In this document: one piece after another, positions 39,572 through 49,490 of the stretch
Layout of the letters: every line of letters begins with the position of its first letter
How positions within the stretch are numbered: the stretch's first letter is position 1
DNA from: a virus
Length of the DNA: 64,000 bases
Reading direction: 5' to 3' (one strand)
IMG/VR virus record: IMGVR_UViG_3300024264_000013
Span: 32,060 to 96,059 of that record
The notes under the pieces: model-generated
The model's database searches: none
The model's input: only the letters and a program-made list of their open reading frames with translations
What the model was told of the DNA's origin: nothing
Program-made: the position numbers and the translations under genes

Positions 39572-40135
39572 ATGAAAACATTTACACAAATATTAACAGA
39601 GTCTAAAAAGACTTATGAATTTAAAATTGGTCTTGCAGGCGATATGGCAGAAGGATTTCAAGATAAACTTGAAACTGCTCTTAAAAAGTTTGATGTTGTA
39701 TCAATGTCAAATGGCAAGAAAACACCTATACAAGAAAGACCACTAGATTTTCCACAGTTGCAAAACATGGAAGTTACATACTATGATGCAGAAGTAGGAT
39801 ATCCAACTACTCCGCAAGTATTACAAGATTATATTTGTAAGTGTTGTGAATGTGACCAAAGTTATATTATTGTAAGAAATGCTAACGATCCTAGAGAAGA
39901 ATACCAAGCACCAAAAAATAGCGAACCTTACGAAACAAGACTTGATACTTTAGAGATGGAACAAGCAGATCCAAAAGCACAAGATAGTGTTGCTGGTAAC
40001 AGAGTAATGGATTTACTCAAAGAGTTAGAAGTAGCACGTAAAGAACGTAATACAGATCCAATGGAAGCGGCGCCGCAAGGCACAAGCAAAGACATTGATG
40101 ATTCAGAAAATACTAAAGCAGTTGTAGGAGGCTAA
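39572..40135 (+). CDS. Hypothetical protein, possible internal head protein
   Basis: N-terminus MKTFTQILTE resembles the T4 capsid-targeting sequence; TAAATA at 39547-39552. Confidence 0.5.
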   Translation: MKTFTQILTESKKTYEFKIGLAGDMAEGFQDKLETALKKFDVVSMSNGKKTPIQERPLDFPQLQNMEVTYYDAEVGYPTTPQVLQDYICKCCECDQSYIIVRNANDPREEYQAPKNSEPYETRLDTLEMEQADPKAQDSVAGNRVMDLLKELEVARKERNTDPMEAAPQGTSKDIDDSENTKAVVGG

Positions 40136-40136
40136 T

Positions 40137-40868
40137 ATGAAAGATCTATTACAAAAATTAACGGACCTAGAGAACACTTTAGATTCAATGGACCCAACAC
40201 CAAAAGAAGTTAAGCAAATTAATGAAGCGGCTTCAATGAGTATTAATATGTCAGGTGAAACAGCAGATGATGTTGCACGCCTAGTACAAATTATGCGTGA
40301 CGGCGGAGCACCAGATGCAGGCGAAATGAAGCCAGACATGATGCCACCAATGGGACCACCAGATATGGGTAAGATGCGTGACCTAGTTAAAATGGCACCA
40401 CCAATTGACATGGACGGAATGGACGGACCACCAGATATGCCAGGCATGGACAAAGGTGATGACAAAGATGCTATTATGGGCATGGATATGGAAGATGACG
40501 TAGAAGAAGCAGGCTACGACAACTCACCAGAAGAAGATTATAAAGATCATAACTATATGACTAAAGATTTATCAGGCGGTATTAACCGTGAGAAGAAAGC
40601 ATATGCGGCCGCTCAAGCCGGCGATAATGCAATGGCTGTAGAAGAATTACAATCAGCATTACGTGATGCACTTATGTCTAAAATGGCAGAAACAGATGAA
40701 GTAGTTGAAGCAGAAGAAGATGACTTTGACGAATCAGGATGTGTAGGCGAAATGAAAAAACTTATGGCAAGCGGCTGTACTAAAACAGAAATGTTCCAAA
40801 AAGTACAAGACGGATACGGTTGCGGTAAAGGTAAATTCGAAAAACTATTCGCGGCACACTGCGGCTAA
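40137..40868 (+). CDS. Acidic low-complexity hypothetical protein (possible internal head/scaffold-like)
   Basis: Asp/Glu/Met/Pro-rich; GGAGG SD. Confidence 0.5.
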   Translation: MKDLLQKLTDLENTLDSMDPTPKEVKQINEAASMSINMSGETADDVARLVQIMRDGGAPDAGEMKPDMMPPMGPPDMGKMRDLVKMAPPIDMDGMDGPPDMPGMDKGDDKDAIMGMDMEDDVEEAGYDNSPEEDYKDHNYMTKDLSGGINREKKAYAAAQAGDNAMAVEELQSALRDALMSKMAETDEVVEAEEDDFDESGCVGEMKKLMASGCTKTEMFQKVQDGYGCGKGKFEKLFAAHCG

Positions 40869-40884
40869 TCCCCCCAAACTATTC

Positions 40885-40911
40885 AATAGGACCTTCGGGT
40901 CCTATTTTTTT
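40885..40911 (+). terminator. Intrinsic terminator with cUUCGg tetraloop
   Basis: AATAGGACC-TTCG-GGTCCTATT followed by a T run. Confidence 0.88.
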
Positions 40912-40914
40912 CGG

Positions 40915-40920
40915 TAAATA
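40915..40920 (+). promoter_or_regulatory. Late promoter core (TAAATA)
   Basis: GGTAAATA between the terminator and ATG 40926 (5 nt). Confidence 0.65.
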
Positions 40921-40925
40921 TTACT

Positions 40926-42506
40926 ATGAGCAAATCACTTGACGGCGTATTAATTAAAAAAGCCAATAAACGAGAAACATTTACTAATGATCAAGTAGAG
41001 GCGTTACTTAAATGTAGCGACACGAAACTTGGGTACGACTACTTTGCTCGTAACTTTGCATACATACAACACCCTGTTAAAGGTAAACTTTTGTTTGATC
41101 CATTTGAATATCAAGAACGTTTATTACAAAGTTATCACGATTATAGATTTAATATTAACATGTTGCCAAGACAAACAGGAAAGACAACCTGTGCGGCAAT
41201 TTACTTATTATGGTATGCTATGTTTGTACCAGATCAAACCATTCTTATTGCGGCACACAAATATACAGGCGCACAAGAAATTATGCAACGTATTCGTTAT
41301 GGATATGAAATGTGTCCAGATCATATTAGAGCAGGGGTTACAAACTATAACAAAGGTAGCATTGAATTTGAAAACGGAAGTAGAATTGTAAGTGCTACTA
41401 CAACAGGAAACACAGGACGTGGTATGTCCATATCATTACTATACTGTGACGAGTTTGCATTTGTACAACCTAATGTTGCCACAGACTTTTGGACATCAAT
41501 ATCACCTACACTAGCAACAGGTGGTCGTGCTATTCTTACATCAACACCTAACTCGGATGAAGATACATTTGCTACTATATGGAAACAAGCAGAAGATAAG
41601 TTTGATGAACATGGCAACGAAAACGAATTAGGTAAAAACGGATTTCATAGTTTTCGTAGTTATTGGCAAGAGCATCCTGATAGAGATGACGAATGGAAAA
41701 GAGAAGAACTAGGACGTATTGGTGAAGAAAGATTCAAGCGTGAGTACGATTGCGAATTCTTAGTATATGATGAAACCTTAATTAACTCAATTAAATTAGC
41801 CACACTAGAAGGTGACACTCCTATTATTAATATGGGACAAACACGTTGGTATAAAAAACCTAGTCGAGAGTTTACATACGCAGTTGCACTTGATCCTAGT
41901 ATGGGTACAGGTGGAGACAATGCGGCTATCCAAGTATTTGAATTACCTAGTTACGAACAGGTAGCAGAATGGCAACACAATACTACAGCAATACCTGCAC
42001 AAATTAGAATAATGACAGATATATGTAAGCATATTGAACAAGAAACTGGCGATGCAAGTACTATCTATTGGAGTGTTGAGAACAACGGATTAGGAGAAGC
42101 CGCACTTATTGTTATTAATGACTTTGGTGAAGAGAATATACCCGGATTATTTGTAAGTGAACCTATTAGAAAAGGGCATGTACGTAAGTTCCGTAAAGGA
42201 TTTAATACTACACATGGTACCAAAGTAACAGCATGTAGTCGACTAAAGACCATGGTCGAAAACGATAAAATGATACTGCATAGTAAGCCTATGATAAGTG
42301 AACTTAAAAATTATGTAGCCACAGGGTCAAGTTATAATGCAAAACTAGGTCAAACAGACGATTTAATTAGTGCAACGCTATTAGCACTTAGAATGATGGA
42401 TGTATTGAAGGATTGGGATCCTAGAATCTATGATACGTTTAATCAGTCAGATCAGCACGGAGATTATGTAGAACCAATGCCAATCTTCGTTAGTAACAAT
42501 TATTGA
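40926..42506 (+). CDS. Terminase large subunit (T4 gp17-like)
   Basis: YQ..L, PRQTGKTT (Walker A), NKGSIEFENGS, LLYCDEFAF (Walker B), STPN, ALDPS.G.G.D, VENN and DDL. Confidence 0.95.
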   Translation: MSKSLDGVLIKKANKRETFTNDQVEALLKCSDTKLGYDYFARNFAYIQHPVKGKLLFDPFEYQERLLQSYHDYRFNINMLPRQTGKTTCAAIYLLWYAMFVPDQTILIAAHKYTGAQEIMQRIRYGYEMCPDHIRAGVTNYNKGSIEFENGSRIVSATTTGNTGRGMSISLLYCDEFAFVQPNVATDFWTSISPTLATGGRAILTSTPNSDEDTFATIWKQAEDKFDEHGNENELGKNGFHSFRSYWQEHPDRDDEWKREELGRIGEERFKREYDCEFLVYDETLINSIKLATLEGDTPIINMGQTRWYKKPSREFTYAVALDPSMGTGGDNAAIQVFELPSYEQVAEWQHNTTAIPAQIRIMTDICKHIEQETGDASTIYWSVENNGLGEAALIVINDFGEENIPGLFVSEPIRKGHVRKFRKGFNTTHGTKVTACSRLKTMVENDKMILHSKPMISELKNYVATGSSYNAKLGQTDDLISATLLALRMMDVLKDWDPRIYDTFNQSDQHGDYVEPMPIFVSNNY

Positions 42507-42512
42507 TAAATA
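42507..42512 (+). promoter_or_regulatory. Late promoter core (TAAATA)
   Basis: GATAAATA 5 nt before ATG 42518. Confidence 0.6.
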
Positions 42513-42517
42513 TTAAC

Positions 42518-44281
42518 ATGAAAGACTTAGACAAAATTGGCGAAGAACTGTTTTCTAAACTACGTGGTAGATTTAAAAACATTCAAATCGGAAATCAAGA
42601 AGGTGCAGTTACAAATGTACCTGGACAATCTCGCTTTTACGACTTTGCATACGGCAATCAAGGCGGCAAAGTAAGTGTTAGTTTAGATGAAGAAAGTATT
42701 GTAGTAATGTACAGTGAGAAACTTTTTTCTGAAAACGATGCAAGTAATAAGAAAGAATGGTACGATTTTCTAAAAGAAATGAGAGTATTTGCCAAGAAAA
42801 GAATGTTAAATTTTGAAGTAAGAGACATACAAAAGTCAAACTTAGAAAAGAGAGATTACAAATTCTTATCTAATAAGAACGGAGATAACACCATGACAGA
42901 ATCAACAATGTACGGAACTAGCAAAACTAGTTACCAGAATATATCAGATGCAAGAATTTGTGTGAAACACAGTGAAAGCATAAACCAAGAATTAGTAGGC
43001 GGACGATCACAAAAGATTGGAAGCATTTACATTGAAAGTGCAAACGGCGAACGTTTTAAATATCCATACAAACATTTAAACGGTGCAAGAGCAATGGCAA
43101 GACATGTAGCAGAAGGTGGCAACATGTACGATGACTTTGGTAAACACATTGTTGGGTTATCAGAAGAAATGAATAAACTACGTAAGTTCAAAACATATAT
43201 GTCAAGAAGCAGTGTCATGGCTGAAGGTCTTGCAGGATATATGGATGTTGTTAACGAGCGTCTCGAAGCAGTTAAGAGTACAGTAGCAAAACTTCAAAAC
43301 AAATCACACTACACAGAAGCAACAACAAACTTTACAAGTGTTGTACTTGAAGAAGTACCAGAAGATGTAGCAACTGATTGGACTGCACAACTTACTATTA
43401 AACAGTTCAATGAAGAACTAAAAAGTGTGTTCCCGTACATATATAAACTTGTAAGCGAGGCAAATGCAGTGAAAGAATTAGGACCAGAAGATTTATTAGG
43501 TGAAGCAGAAGATGACAACAAGCAAGATAACGGATCAGATAAAATGGACGTTACTGACGCTGATAAAAAAGCAAATACACCTGCATATCAAAAAATGAAA
43601 GCAGGAGACAAACGCTATAACGATAAGACTACAAAAGAAGAATCAGCAATTCCATCAGAAGCAGACATTGATGCAGGCTTTGATGAAATGATGGGTCAGT
43701 TTAGCGAAAAAGCAAAACCAGACTTTTTAGATATGGATGGCGATGGCGACAAAGAAGAGCCAATGAAAAAAGCAATCGATGATAAAGAAGATGGCGACGA
43801 AGACGAAACAGATGAAGGTAATGCATACGCACAAGCAGTACGTAAAGCAAAAATGGACGGTAAGAAAAAAGGTGATAAAATAGATCATCCAGATAGTGAC
43901 GAAGATGATATTACACTTGAAAAAGACCAAAACATACCGTTACCAGAAAAGATTTTATCATTGTTTGATAGAGAAGAAGGATCATTTCCAAAAGGCGAAA
44001 CAGCAGTACTAACTATGGTTGAAAAAGACTATGGTGAGCAGTATATTGAGCCAGCAAAGCAATTTATTGAAAAAATACTTAGTAAGTATGAATCAGTAAT
44101 GACTGGTCCAGCAGTACAAGAGATGGAAGCAGAGCATGAGCCAGAGAAGATTACACTGGCTGTAACAGCAGATATTGAAGCAATGAAAAGAGCGGCAGGC
44201 ATAGGCGAGAGCGAAAGACCTGCTTCGAACACAAAATTAGACGTTAGTCAAAACGATCTTTACAAATTAGCAGGGCTATAA
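42518..44281 (+). CDS. Large hypothetical late protein with acidic C-terminal half (possible head-associated)
   Basis: Long ORF behind a late promoter; acidic region with a DxDxDG motif (DMDGDGD). Confidence 0.6.
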   Translation: MKDLDKIGEELFSKLRGRFKNIQIGNQEGAVTNVPGQSRFYDFAYGNQGGKVSVSLDEESIVVMYSEKLFSENDASNKKEWYDFLKEMRVFAKKRMLNFEVRDIQKSNLEKRDYKFLSNKNGDNTMTESTMYGTSKTSYQNISDARICVKHSESINQELVGGRSQKIGSIYIESANGERFKYPYKHLNGARAMARHVAEGGNMYDDFGKHIVGLSEEMNKLRKFKTYMSRSSVMAEGLAGYMDVVNERLEAVKSTVAKLQNKSHYTEATTNFTSVVLEEVPEDVATDWTAQLTIKQFNEELKSVFPYIYKLVSEANAVKELGPEDLLGEAEDDNKQDNGSDKMDVTDADKKANTPAYQKMKAGDKRYNDKTTKEESAIPSEADIDAGFDEMMGQFSEKAKPDFLDMDGDGDKEEPMKKAIDDKEDGDEDETDEGNAYAQAVRKAKMDGKKKGDKIDHPDSDEDDITLEKDQNIPLPEKILSLFDREEGSFPKGETAVLTMVEKDYGEQYIEPAKQFIEKILSKYESVMTGPAVQEMEAEHEPEKITLAVTADIEAMKRAAGIGESERPASNTKLDVSQNDLYKLAGL

Positions 44282-44323
44282 TAGTCCTGTTATAAGTTTT
44301 ATTTCTTTTTCTTAAAAAAAGAC

Positions 44324-44352
44324 TTGACAAAGTTTGTAAAACAGTATATAAT
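44324..44352 (+). promoter_or_regulatory. Sigma70-consensus early promoter for gp32-uvsX-uvsY
   Basis: TTGACA-17 nt-TATAAT. Confidence 0.85.
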
Positions 44353-44414
44353 AATAACTGTGCTACAAACAAAGGCACAAAGGCTATAAGGCAATTACAT
44401 AGGAGGCATTTATT

Positions 44415-45413
44415 ATGGCATCATTAGCAGAAATCAGAGCAAAACTGAAATCTCAAGAAACGAACACTGGCGGACAACGCAGTGGCGGCGGCGACAACGC
44501 AATTTACCCATTTTGGAATATGCAAGAAGGACAGAGTGCAACACTCCGTTTCCTTCCTGATGGTAACGCAGATAATACGTTTTTCTGGACAGAAAGACTT
44601 ATGATCAAATTACCTTTTCCAAGCATTAAAGGTGAACCAGGCAGTAAGCCTGTACAAGTACAAGTTCCATGTATGGAAATGTATGGCGAAACATGTACTA
44701 TTCTTAACGAAGTACGTGGTTGGTTTAAAGATCCATCATTAGAAGATATGGGTCGTAAGTATTGGAAGAAGCGTTCATACGTATTCCAAGGCTTTGTAAC
44801 TGAAAACCCAATTGGAGAAGATGCTACTCCAGAAAATCCAATTAGACGTTTTATTATTGGTCCACAGATTTTTCAAATCATTAAGCAGGCGCTTATGGAT
44901 CCAGACATGGAAGAATTACCAACAGATTATACTGCTGGTGTAGACTTCCGTCTTAACAAAACATCTAAAGGTGGTTATGCTGATTACTCAACATCAAGTT
45001 GGGCTCGTAGAGAGCGTCCACTTGTTGATGCAGAAATGAATGCTGTAAACACAAACGGGTTGTTTAATCTAGGTGATTTCCTTCCTAAGAAGCCAGACGA
45101 GATTGGCGTAAAGGTAATGCAAGAGATGTTCGAAGCATCTGTTGACGGACAACCTTATGATGCAGATCGTTGGTCACAGTACTTCCGTCCAAGCGGGATG
45201 CAAGCACGTACAGGTGATCCAATGGTGGCGGCAAGCCCACAAGCAACCGCAGTAAGTCAAAGTGCTCCAGTAGCACCTACACCGGCACCAGAAGCGGCAC
45301 CTGCTCCAGTAGCAGAAGCAACTCCTGCGGCACCGGCGACTGAAACTGCACCTGCAGACGGCAATGGCGCACAAGATATTCTAGCAATGATTAGAAATCG
45401 TCAAGCACAATAA
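44415..45413 (+). CDS. Single-stranded DNA-binding protein (T4 gp32-like)
   Basis: LRFLP, C......C, K..Y, FIIG.QI, G.DF.L.K...GGYADY..S and an Ala/Pro-rich tail; immediately upstream of uvsX. Confidence 0.8.
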   Translation: MASLAEIRAKLKSQETNTGGQRSGGGDNAIYPFWNMQEGQSATLRFLPDGNADNTFFWTERLMIKLPFPSIKGEPGSKPVQVQVPCMEMYGETCTILNEVRGWFKDPSLEDMGRKYWKKRSYVFQGFVTENPIGEDATPENPIRRFIIGPQIFQIIKQALMDPDMEELPTDYTAGVDFRLNKTSKGGYADYSTSSWARRERPLVDAEMNAVNTNGLFNLGDFLPKKPDEIGVKVMQEMFEASVDGQPYDADRWSQYFRPSGMQARTGDPMVAASPQATAVSQSAPVAPTPAPEAAPAPVAEATPAAPATETAPADGNGAQDILAMIRNRQAQ

Positions 45414-45422
45414 TCAACATAA

Positions 45423-45450
45423 TGTAGGGGATTAATTTCCCCTACACTTT
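45423..45450 (+). terminator. Hairpin/terminator after gp32
   Basis: TGTAGGGGA-TTAATT-TCCCCTACA-CTTT. Confidence 0.6.
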
Positions 45451-45469
45451 GGCTTAACAAGGAGTAACT

Positions 45470-46567
45470 ATGGCTAAATCGTTCGACGTTAGTAAGTTCC
45501 GTAAGGACTTAACTAAAAGCATCTCAGGCATGAGTAGCGGCTTTAATGATCCTACAGATTGGATCTCAACAGGCTCATATGCACTTAACTATCTTATTAG
45601 TGGCGACTTCCACAAAGGTGTTCCACTAGGTAAGGTAACTGTATTTGCAGGTGAATCAGGCGCAGGTAAATCTTACTTTTGTTCTGGTAACATTGTAAAA
45701 CACGCACAAGACCAAGGCATCTTTGTAGTACTAATTGACTCAGAGAATGCACTTGATGAAAGTTGGCTACAAGCATTAGATGTAGACACATCAGAAGAAA
45801 AACTACTAAAACTTAACATGAGTATGATTGATGATGTTGCTAAAACAGTATCAACATTTGTAGCAGACTATAAAGCAATGCCAGAGGAAGATCGTCCTAA
45901 AGTATTATTTGTAGTTGACTCATTAGGTATGTTATTAACACCTACAGACGTAGATCAGTTTAACAAAGGTGATATGAAAGGTGATATGGGTCGTAAGCCT
46001 AAGCAATTGACTGCACTTGTTCGTAACACAGTTAACATGATTGGTTCACTTAATGTAGGACTAGTATGTACTAACCACACATATGCATCACAGGATATGT
46101 TTGATCCAGATGACAAGATTAGTGGTGGACAAGGTTTTGTTTATGCATCAAGTATTGTTGTTGCAATGAAGAAAATGAAACTTAAAGAAGACGAGGCTGG
46201 TAACAAGATTTCAGAAGTACGTGGTATACGTGCAGGCTGTAAAGTTATGAAAACTCGTTATGCAAAACCGTTTGAAGGTGTACAAGTAAAGATCCCATAC
46301 GAAACAGGTATGAATCCTTACAGTGGTCTTATTGAATTATTTGAGAAAAAAGGCTTGTTAGAGAAGCAAGGCAACAGACTCAAGTATGTTGATCTAAACG
46401 GAGAAGAACATATTGATTATCGTAAAGCATGGATGGTAGGTGATAAACTTGATTTGATTATGTCGGAATATGCAGACAAAACAGCACCTTTGGTAAATAC
46501 CGAGGAAGATGATGTAGAAGAAGCATTAACTGATAATCAAATTGAGGAAACAGCCGCACATGAATGA
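45470..46567 (+). CDS. uvsX: RecA-like recombinase
   Basis: ISTG...LN..ISG, AGESGAGKS, DSENA, VVDSLG, NHTY, SGG.G..YASS and K.R. Confidence 0.92.
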   Translation: MAKSFDVSKFRKDLTKSISGMSSGFNDPTDWISTGSYALNYLISGDFHKGVPLGKVTVFAGESGAGKSYFCSGNIVKHAQDQGIFVVLIDSENALDESWLQALDVDTSEEKLLKLNMSMIDDVAKTVSTFVADYKAMPEEDRPKVLFVVDSLGMLLTPTDVDQFNKGDMKGDMGRKPKQLTALVRNTVNMIGSLNVGLVCTNHTYASQDMFDPDDKISGGQGFVYASSIVVAMKKMKLKEDEAGNKISEVRGIRAGCKVMKTRYAKPFEGVQVKIPYETGMNPYSGLIELFEKKGLLEKQGNRLKYVDLNGEEHIDYRKAWMVGDKLDLIMSEYADKTAPLVNTEEDDVEEALTDNQIEETAAHE

Positions 46568-46796
46568 AGAACAAATACAGGAAGTTTGGACCTTATTTAA
46601 AGAATATTTAGATAAGAAACATGTAGAGACTGCCGCAGAACGCTATGTTGATTTATTAGCAGACTACGGCACAGACGATCACGTGTTAATAGAGTCTATG
46701 GGATCGTGTACAATACTAGACAATGCAATAAAGTATTATCTAGATGATGATGAAGAAGTACACGACGACGAAGATGGATATGATTGGGAAGAATAA
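46560..46796 (+). CDS. Hypothetical acidic protein
   Basis: ORF between uvsX and uvsY; ATG 46560 overlaps the end of uvsX. Confidence 0.6.
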   Translation: MNEEQIQEVWTLFKEYLDKKHVETAAERYVDLLADYGTDDHVLIESMGSCTILDNAIKYYLDDDEEVHDDEDGYDWEE

Positions 46797-47248
46797 TGTG
46801 GTATAGTGAAGTATCTAGAAACATAAACAAAATACCAGATGCGATTGCATACTTTGAAGCAGAATTAAATGATGCAAAGAATGAAGTCAAATTAACTGGT
46901 AACGTTGAACGTGCTTCTAGTGCTATGCCTGGTTTAGTTGAGCATCGTTTTAATCAATTACAAGAGATCGAAGCGATACTCAATTACCTTAATATTGAAC
47001 TACGTAGATTACGTAGTGCTTATTTTAAAAAATATCTTGAAAACTATCAACGTGCTTTGTCTAGTAGAGATGTTGATAGATATGTTGACGGCGAAGCAGA
47101 TGTTGTTGACTATGAAAAAATTATAAATGAATTCGCCCTCATGCGTAATAAATGGTTAGGAGTCTTAAAAGGCCTTGATCAAAAGCAATGGCAGATAACT
47201 AATATTGTAAAGTTAAGAGTTGCTGGCATGGAGGACGCATCCGTTTAA
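46796..47248 (+). CDS. uvsY: Recombination mediator
   Basis: Helical ~150-aa protein with Y...Y......DV..YVD.E and K.LD.K.WQI.NI.K; position after uvsX; TAATG coupling. Confidence 0.7.
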   Translation: MWYSEVSRNINKIPDAIAYFEAELNDAKNEVKLTGNVERASSAMPGLVEHRFNQLQEIEAILNYLNIELRRLRSAYFKKYLENYQRALSSRDVDRYVDGEADVVDYEKIINEFALMRNKWLGVLKGLDQKQWQITNIVKLRVAGMEDASV

Positions 47249-48045
47249 TGTATACATTTGTTACTAGCCTAAACAAGGCATATTGGAATTCAACTTCCAA
47301 AGTTAATATTAATAGTTGGGTAGAATGTTTACCAGAAGATGTAAACATTGTAATTTACAGTGAAGAAGACATTGACATTGGCATCTTTCCAGAGCCACGT
47401 GTAAGTTTAAAGCCATTGTATGATTGTAAACCTTTGCTAGAATTTATTAATAAACATAAAGAAGATCCACACTATAATGGTCAAGTTGGTCGTAAGTTAG
47501 AAGGCAGTAGTAAGTCTTTTAAATGGCAAGGTATTAAGTTTGCACATAAAACTTTTGCTATATTTGAAGAAGCAAAACTACACGACAGTGGTAAACTGTT
47601 TTGGTTAGATGCTGACGTGCTTATGCACAATATGATTGATCATAAATGGTTAGATAATTTATTGCCAGACAATAAAGCAATTAGTTACCTAGGCAGACCT
47701 GCAGAATATGATGAATGCGGATTAATGGGATATAATTTAAACACACAATTTGCTAAAGATTTTCTTACAAGTTTTGAAAACCAATACACGGGTGGATTAG
47801 AACACTTAAGAGAAACTCACGACAGTTGGGTATTTTATCAATTACGACTAGGTTTTGAAGATCAAAGTCCGTTCCTTAATTTAAATCCAACACCAAAAGA
47901 TAATAAAAGTCCTTTTAATAATAGTGGAATTAATAGTCATATGGTACACACAAAAGGAAAAAGTAAAGAACGTTTACAACAAAAATTCTTAAAAAGATTT
48001 GCATTAGCAAAAGAACGGGCATTGAGAGAAAAGCATGGAACTTGA
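47248..48045 (+). CDS. GT-A fold glycosyltransferase-like protein
   Basis: KFAHK, WLDAD (DxD), ECG, HDSWVF and H.KG; paralogue of 54276..55121. Confidence 0.65.
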   Translation: MYTFVTSLNKAYWNSTSKVNINSWVECLPEDVNIVIYSEEDIDIGIFPEPRVSLKPLYDCKPLLEFINKHKEDPHYNGQVGRKLEGSSKSFKWQGIKFAHKTFAIFEEAKLHDSGKLFWLDADVLMHNMIDHKWLDNLLPDNKAISYLGRPAEYDECGLMGYNLNTQFAKDFLTSFENQYTGGLEHLRETHDSWVFYQLRLGFEDQSPFLNLNPTPKDNKSPFNNSGINSHMVHTKGKSKERLQQKFLKRFALAKERALREKHGT

Positions 48046-48601
48046 AGCACACCTAGGCGGACACCAGGGTAAAACACATACTGATGAAGGAACACTTCGT
48101 TGGGCAATAGATAAACTAAAAGTAAAATCAATGTTAGATGTTGGCTGTGGACCAGGCGGTATGGTTGAACTTGCAAATAGTTTAGATGTTGATGCATACG
48201 GAGTTGATGGCGACTATACTCTTGAACGTTATAACGAATCTAAATTTATCATACACGACTTTACTAAAGGACCAGCGCCAGTAGGTGGAAGTTACGACTT
48301 AGCATGGAGTGTTGAATTTGTTGAACATGTGTACGAAGAATACATTCCTAATTATATTCAAGCAATGCAAAAATGTAAATTTTTAATTATGACTTATGCT
48401 CCTGTTGGACACGGTGGCCATCATCATGTAAACGAAAATACACAAGACTATTGGATTCAAACAATGTCTGATTATGGGTTTAAATATCTTGAAGATCTAA
48501 CGTTAGAAATGCGTAGACACTCTACTATGGGTAGCAAGAAGAAACATAAATTTTTAGCACGAACAGGATTACTTTTTAAAAATGAACGTAGTAGCAATTA
48601 A
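48035..48601 (+). CDS. SAM-dependent methyltransferase
   Basis: MLDVGCGPG, YDL.WSVEF.EH and HHVN.....YW. Confidence 0.8.
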   Translation: MELEAHLGGHQGKTHTDEGTLRWAIDKLKVKSMLDVGCGPGGMVELANSLDVDAYGVDGDYTLERYNESKFIIHDFTKGPAPVGGSYDLAWSVEFVEHVYEEYIPNYIQAMQKCKFLIMTYAPVGHGGHHHVNENTQDYWIQTMSDYGFKYLEDLTLEMRRHSTMGSKKKHKFLARTGLLFKNERSSN

Positions 48602-49490
48602 AGAACTACTATGGAGTTGGCATCCATTACCAACCAACTGGACTGTTGTACCATATGCTGATAAGGCAACTATTAACAGTGCAGATGTACTTGTACAATC
48701 AAACCAATCAGGAAGTAAAAAAGAACGCAAACTCGGCCACATATATAACTATGTGAAAGATTGTGGAAAGCCTTATATTGTAACAGAAAGTGCAGTCTTT
48801 AGAAAAAATATGGCAGACCCAGATCCAGGTAAGCCAGGAAAAACATATCATCGATTTAGTTGGACAAGTTATTTTAGAGACGAAGGTGACTATTGTAATG
48901 CTAACAGTCCTAGTGATAGATGGGAACAAGTTCAAAAAGATCAAGACTTAGTTGTTAAAGATTGGCGCACTAAAGGTGACTATGTCTTAGTAATGTTACA
49001 GCGTCCGGGCGATAGTAGTTTAGTAAACCTACTTAAAAAGCACGGAAGTTATGAAGGATTTGTTACACATACACTAAATGAAATAAAAAAGTATACTGAT
49101 AGACCTATACGAGTACGTATGCATCCATCACGTATAGATAGACAACAAAAAATATTAAAAGACTTTGATGTACAATTAAGTGACAACTTACAAGGCGCAG
49201 GATTATTATCAGGCGGCGCAGGACTACAAGCAGACTTTGATAATGCGTGGTGTGTAGTAGGTTTTAATTCAAACGGACTTACTGAAAGTATAATGGAAGG
49301 CATCCCAACATTTAGTATGTGTCCTAGTTCAATGGCGTGGGATTGTAGTAATAAAGATTTAGCAAACATTGAAAACCCAGAAATGTTTGAGAGACAACAG
49401 TGGTTAAATAATTTAGCATACTGCCAGTGGCGCGAAGACGAATGCCTAGCAGGATTGCCGTGGGAACATTTAAGGAAAAGATATGCCTAA
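48582..49490 (+). CDS. Capsule-synthesis-like (KpsS/KpsC-like) GT-B glycosyltransferase
   Basis: LQ...D.S, RPIRVR.HP, NS....E....GIP and R..WL..LAY.QW...E...G. Confidence 0.5.
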   Translation: MNVVAIKELLWSWHPLPTNWTVVPYADKATINSADVLVQSNQSGSKKERKLGHIYNYVKDCGKPYIVTESAVFRKNMADPDPGKPGKTYHRFSWTSYFRDEGDYCNANSPSDRWEQVQKDQDLVVKDWRTKGDYVLVMLQRPGDSSLVNLLKKHGSYEGFVTHTLNEIKKYTDRPIRVRMHPSRIDRQQKILKDFDVQLSDNLQGAGLLSGGAGLQADFDNAWCVVGFNSNGLTESIMEGIPTFSMCPSSMAWDCSNKDLANIENPEMFERQQWLNNLAYCQWREDECLAGLPWEHLRKRYA

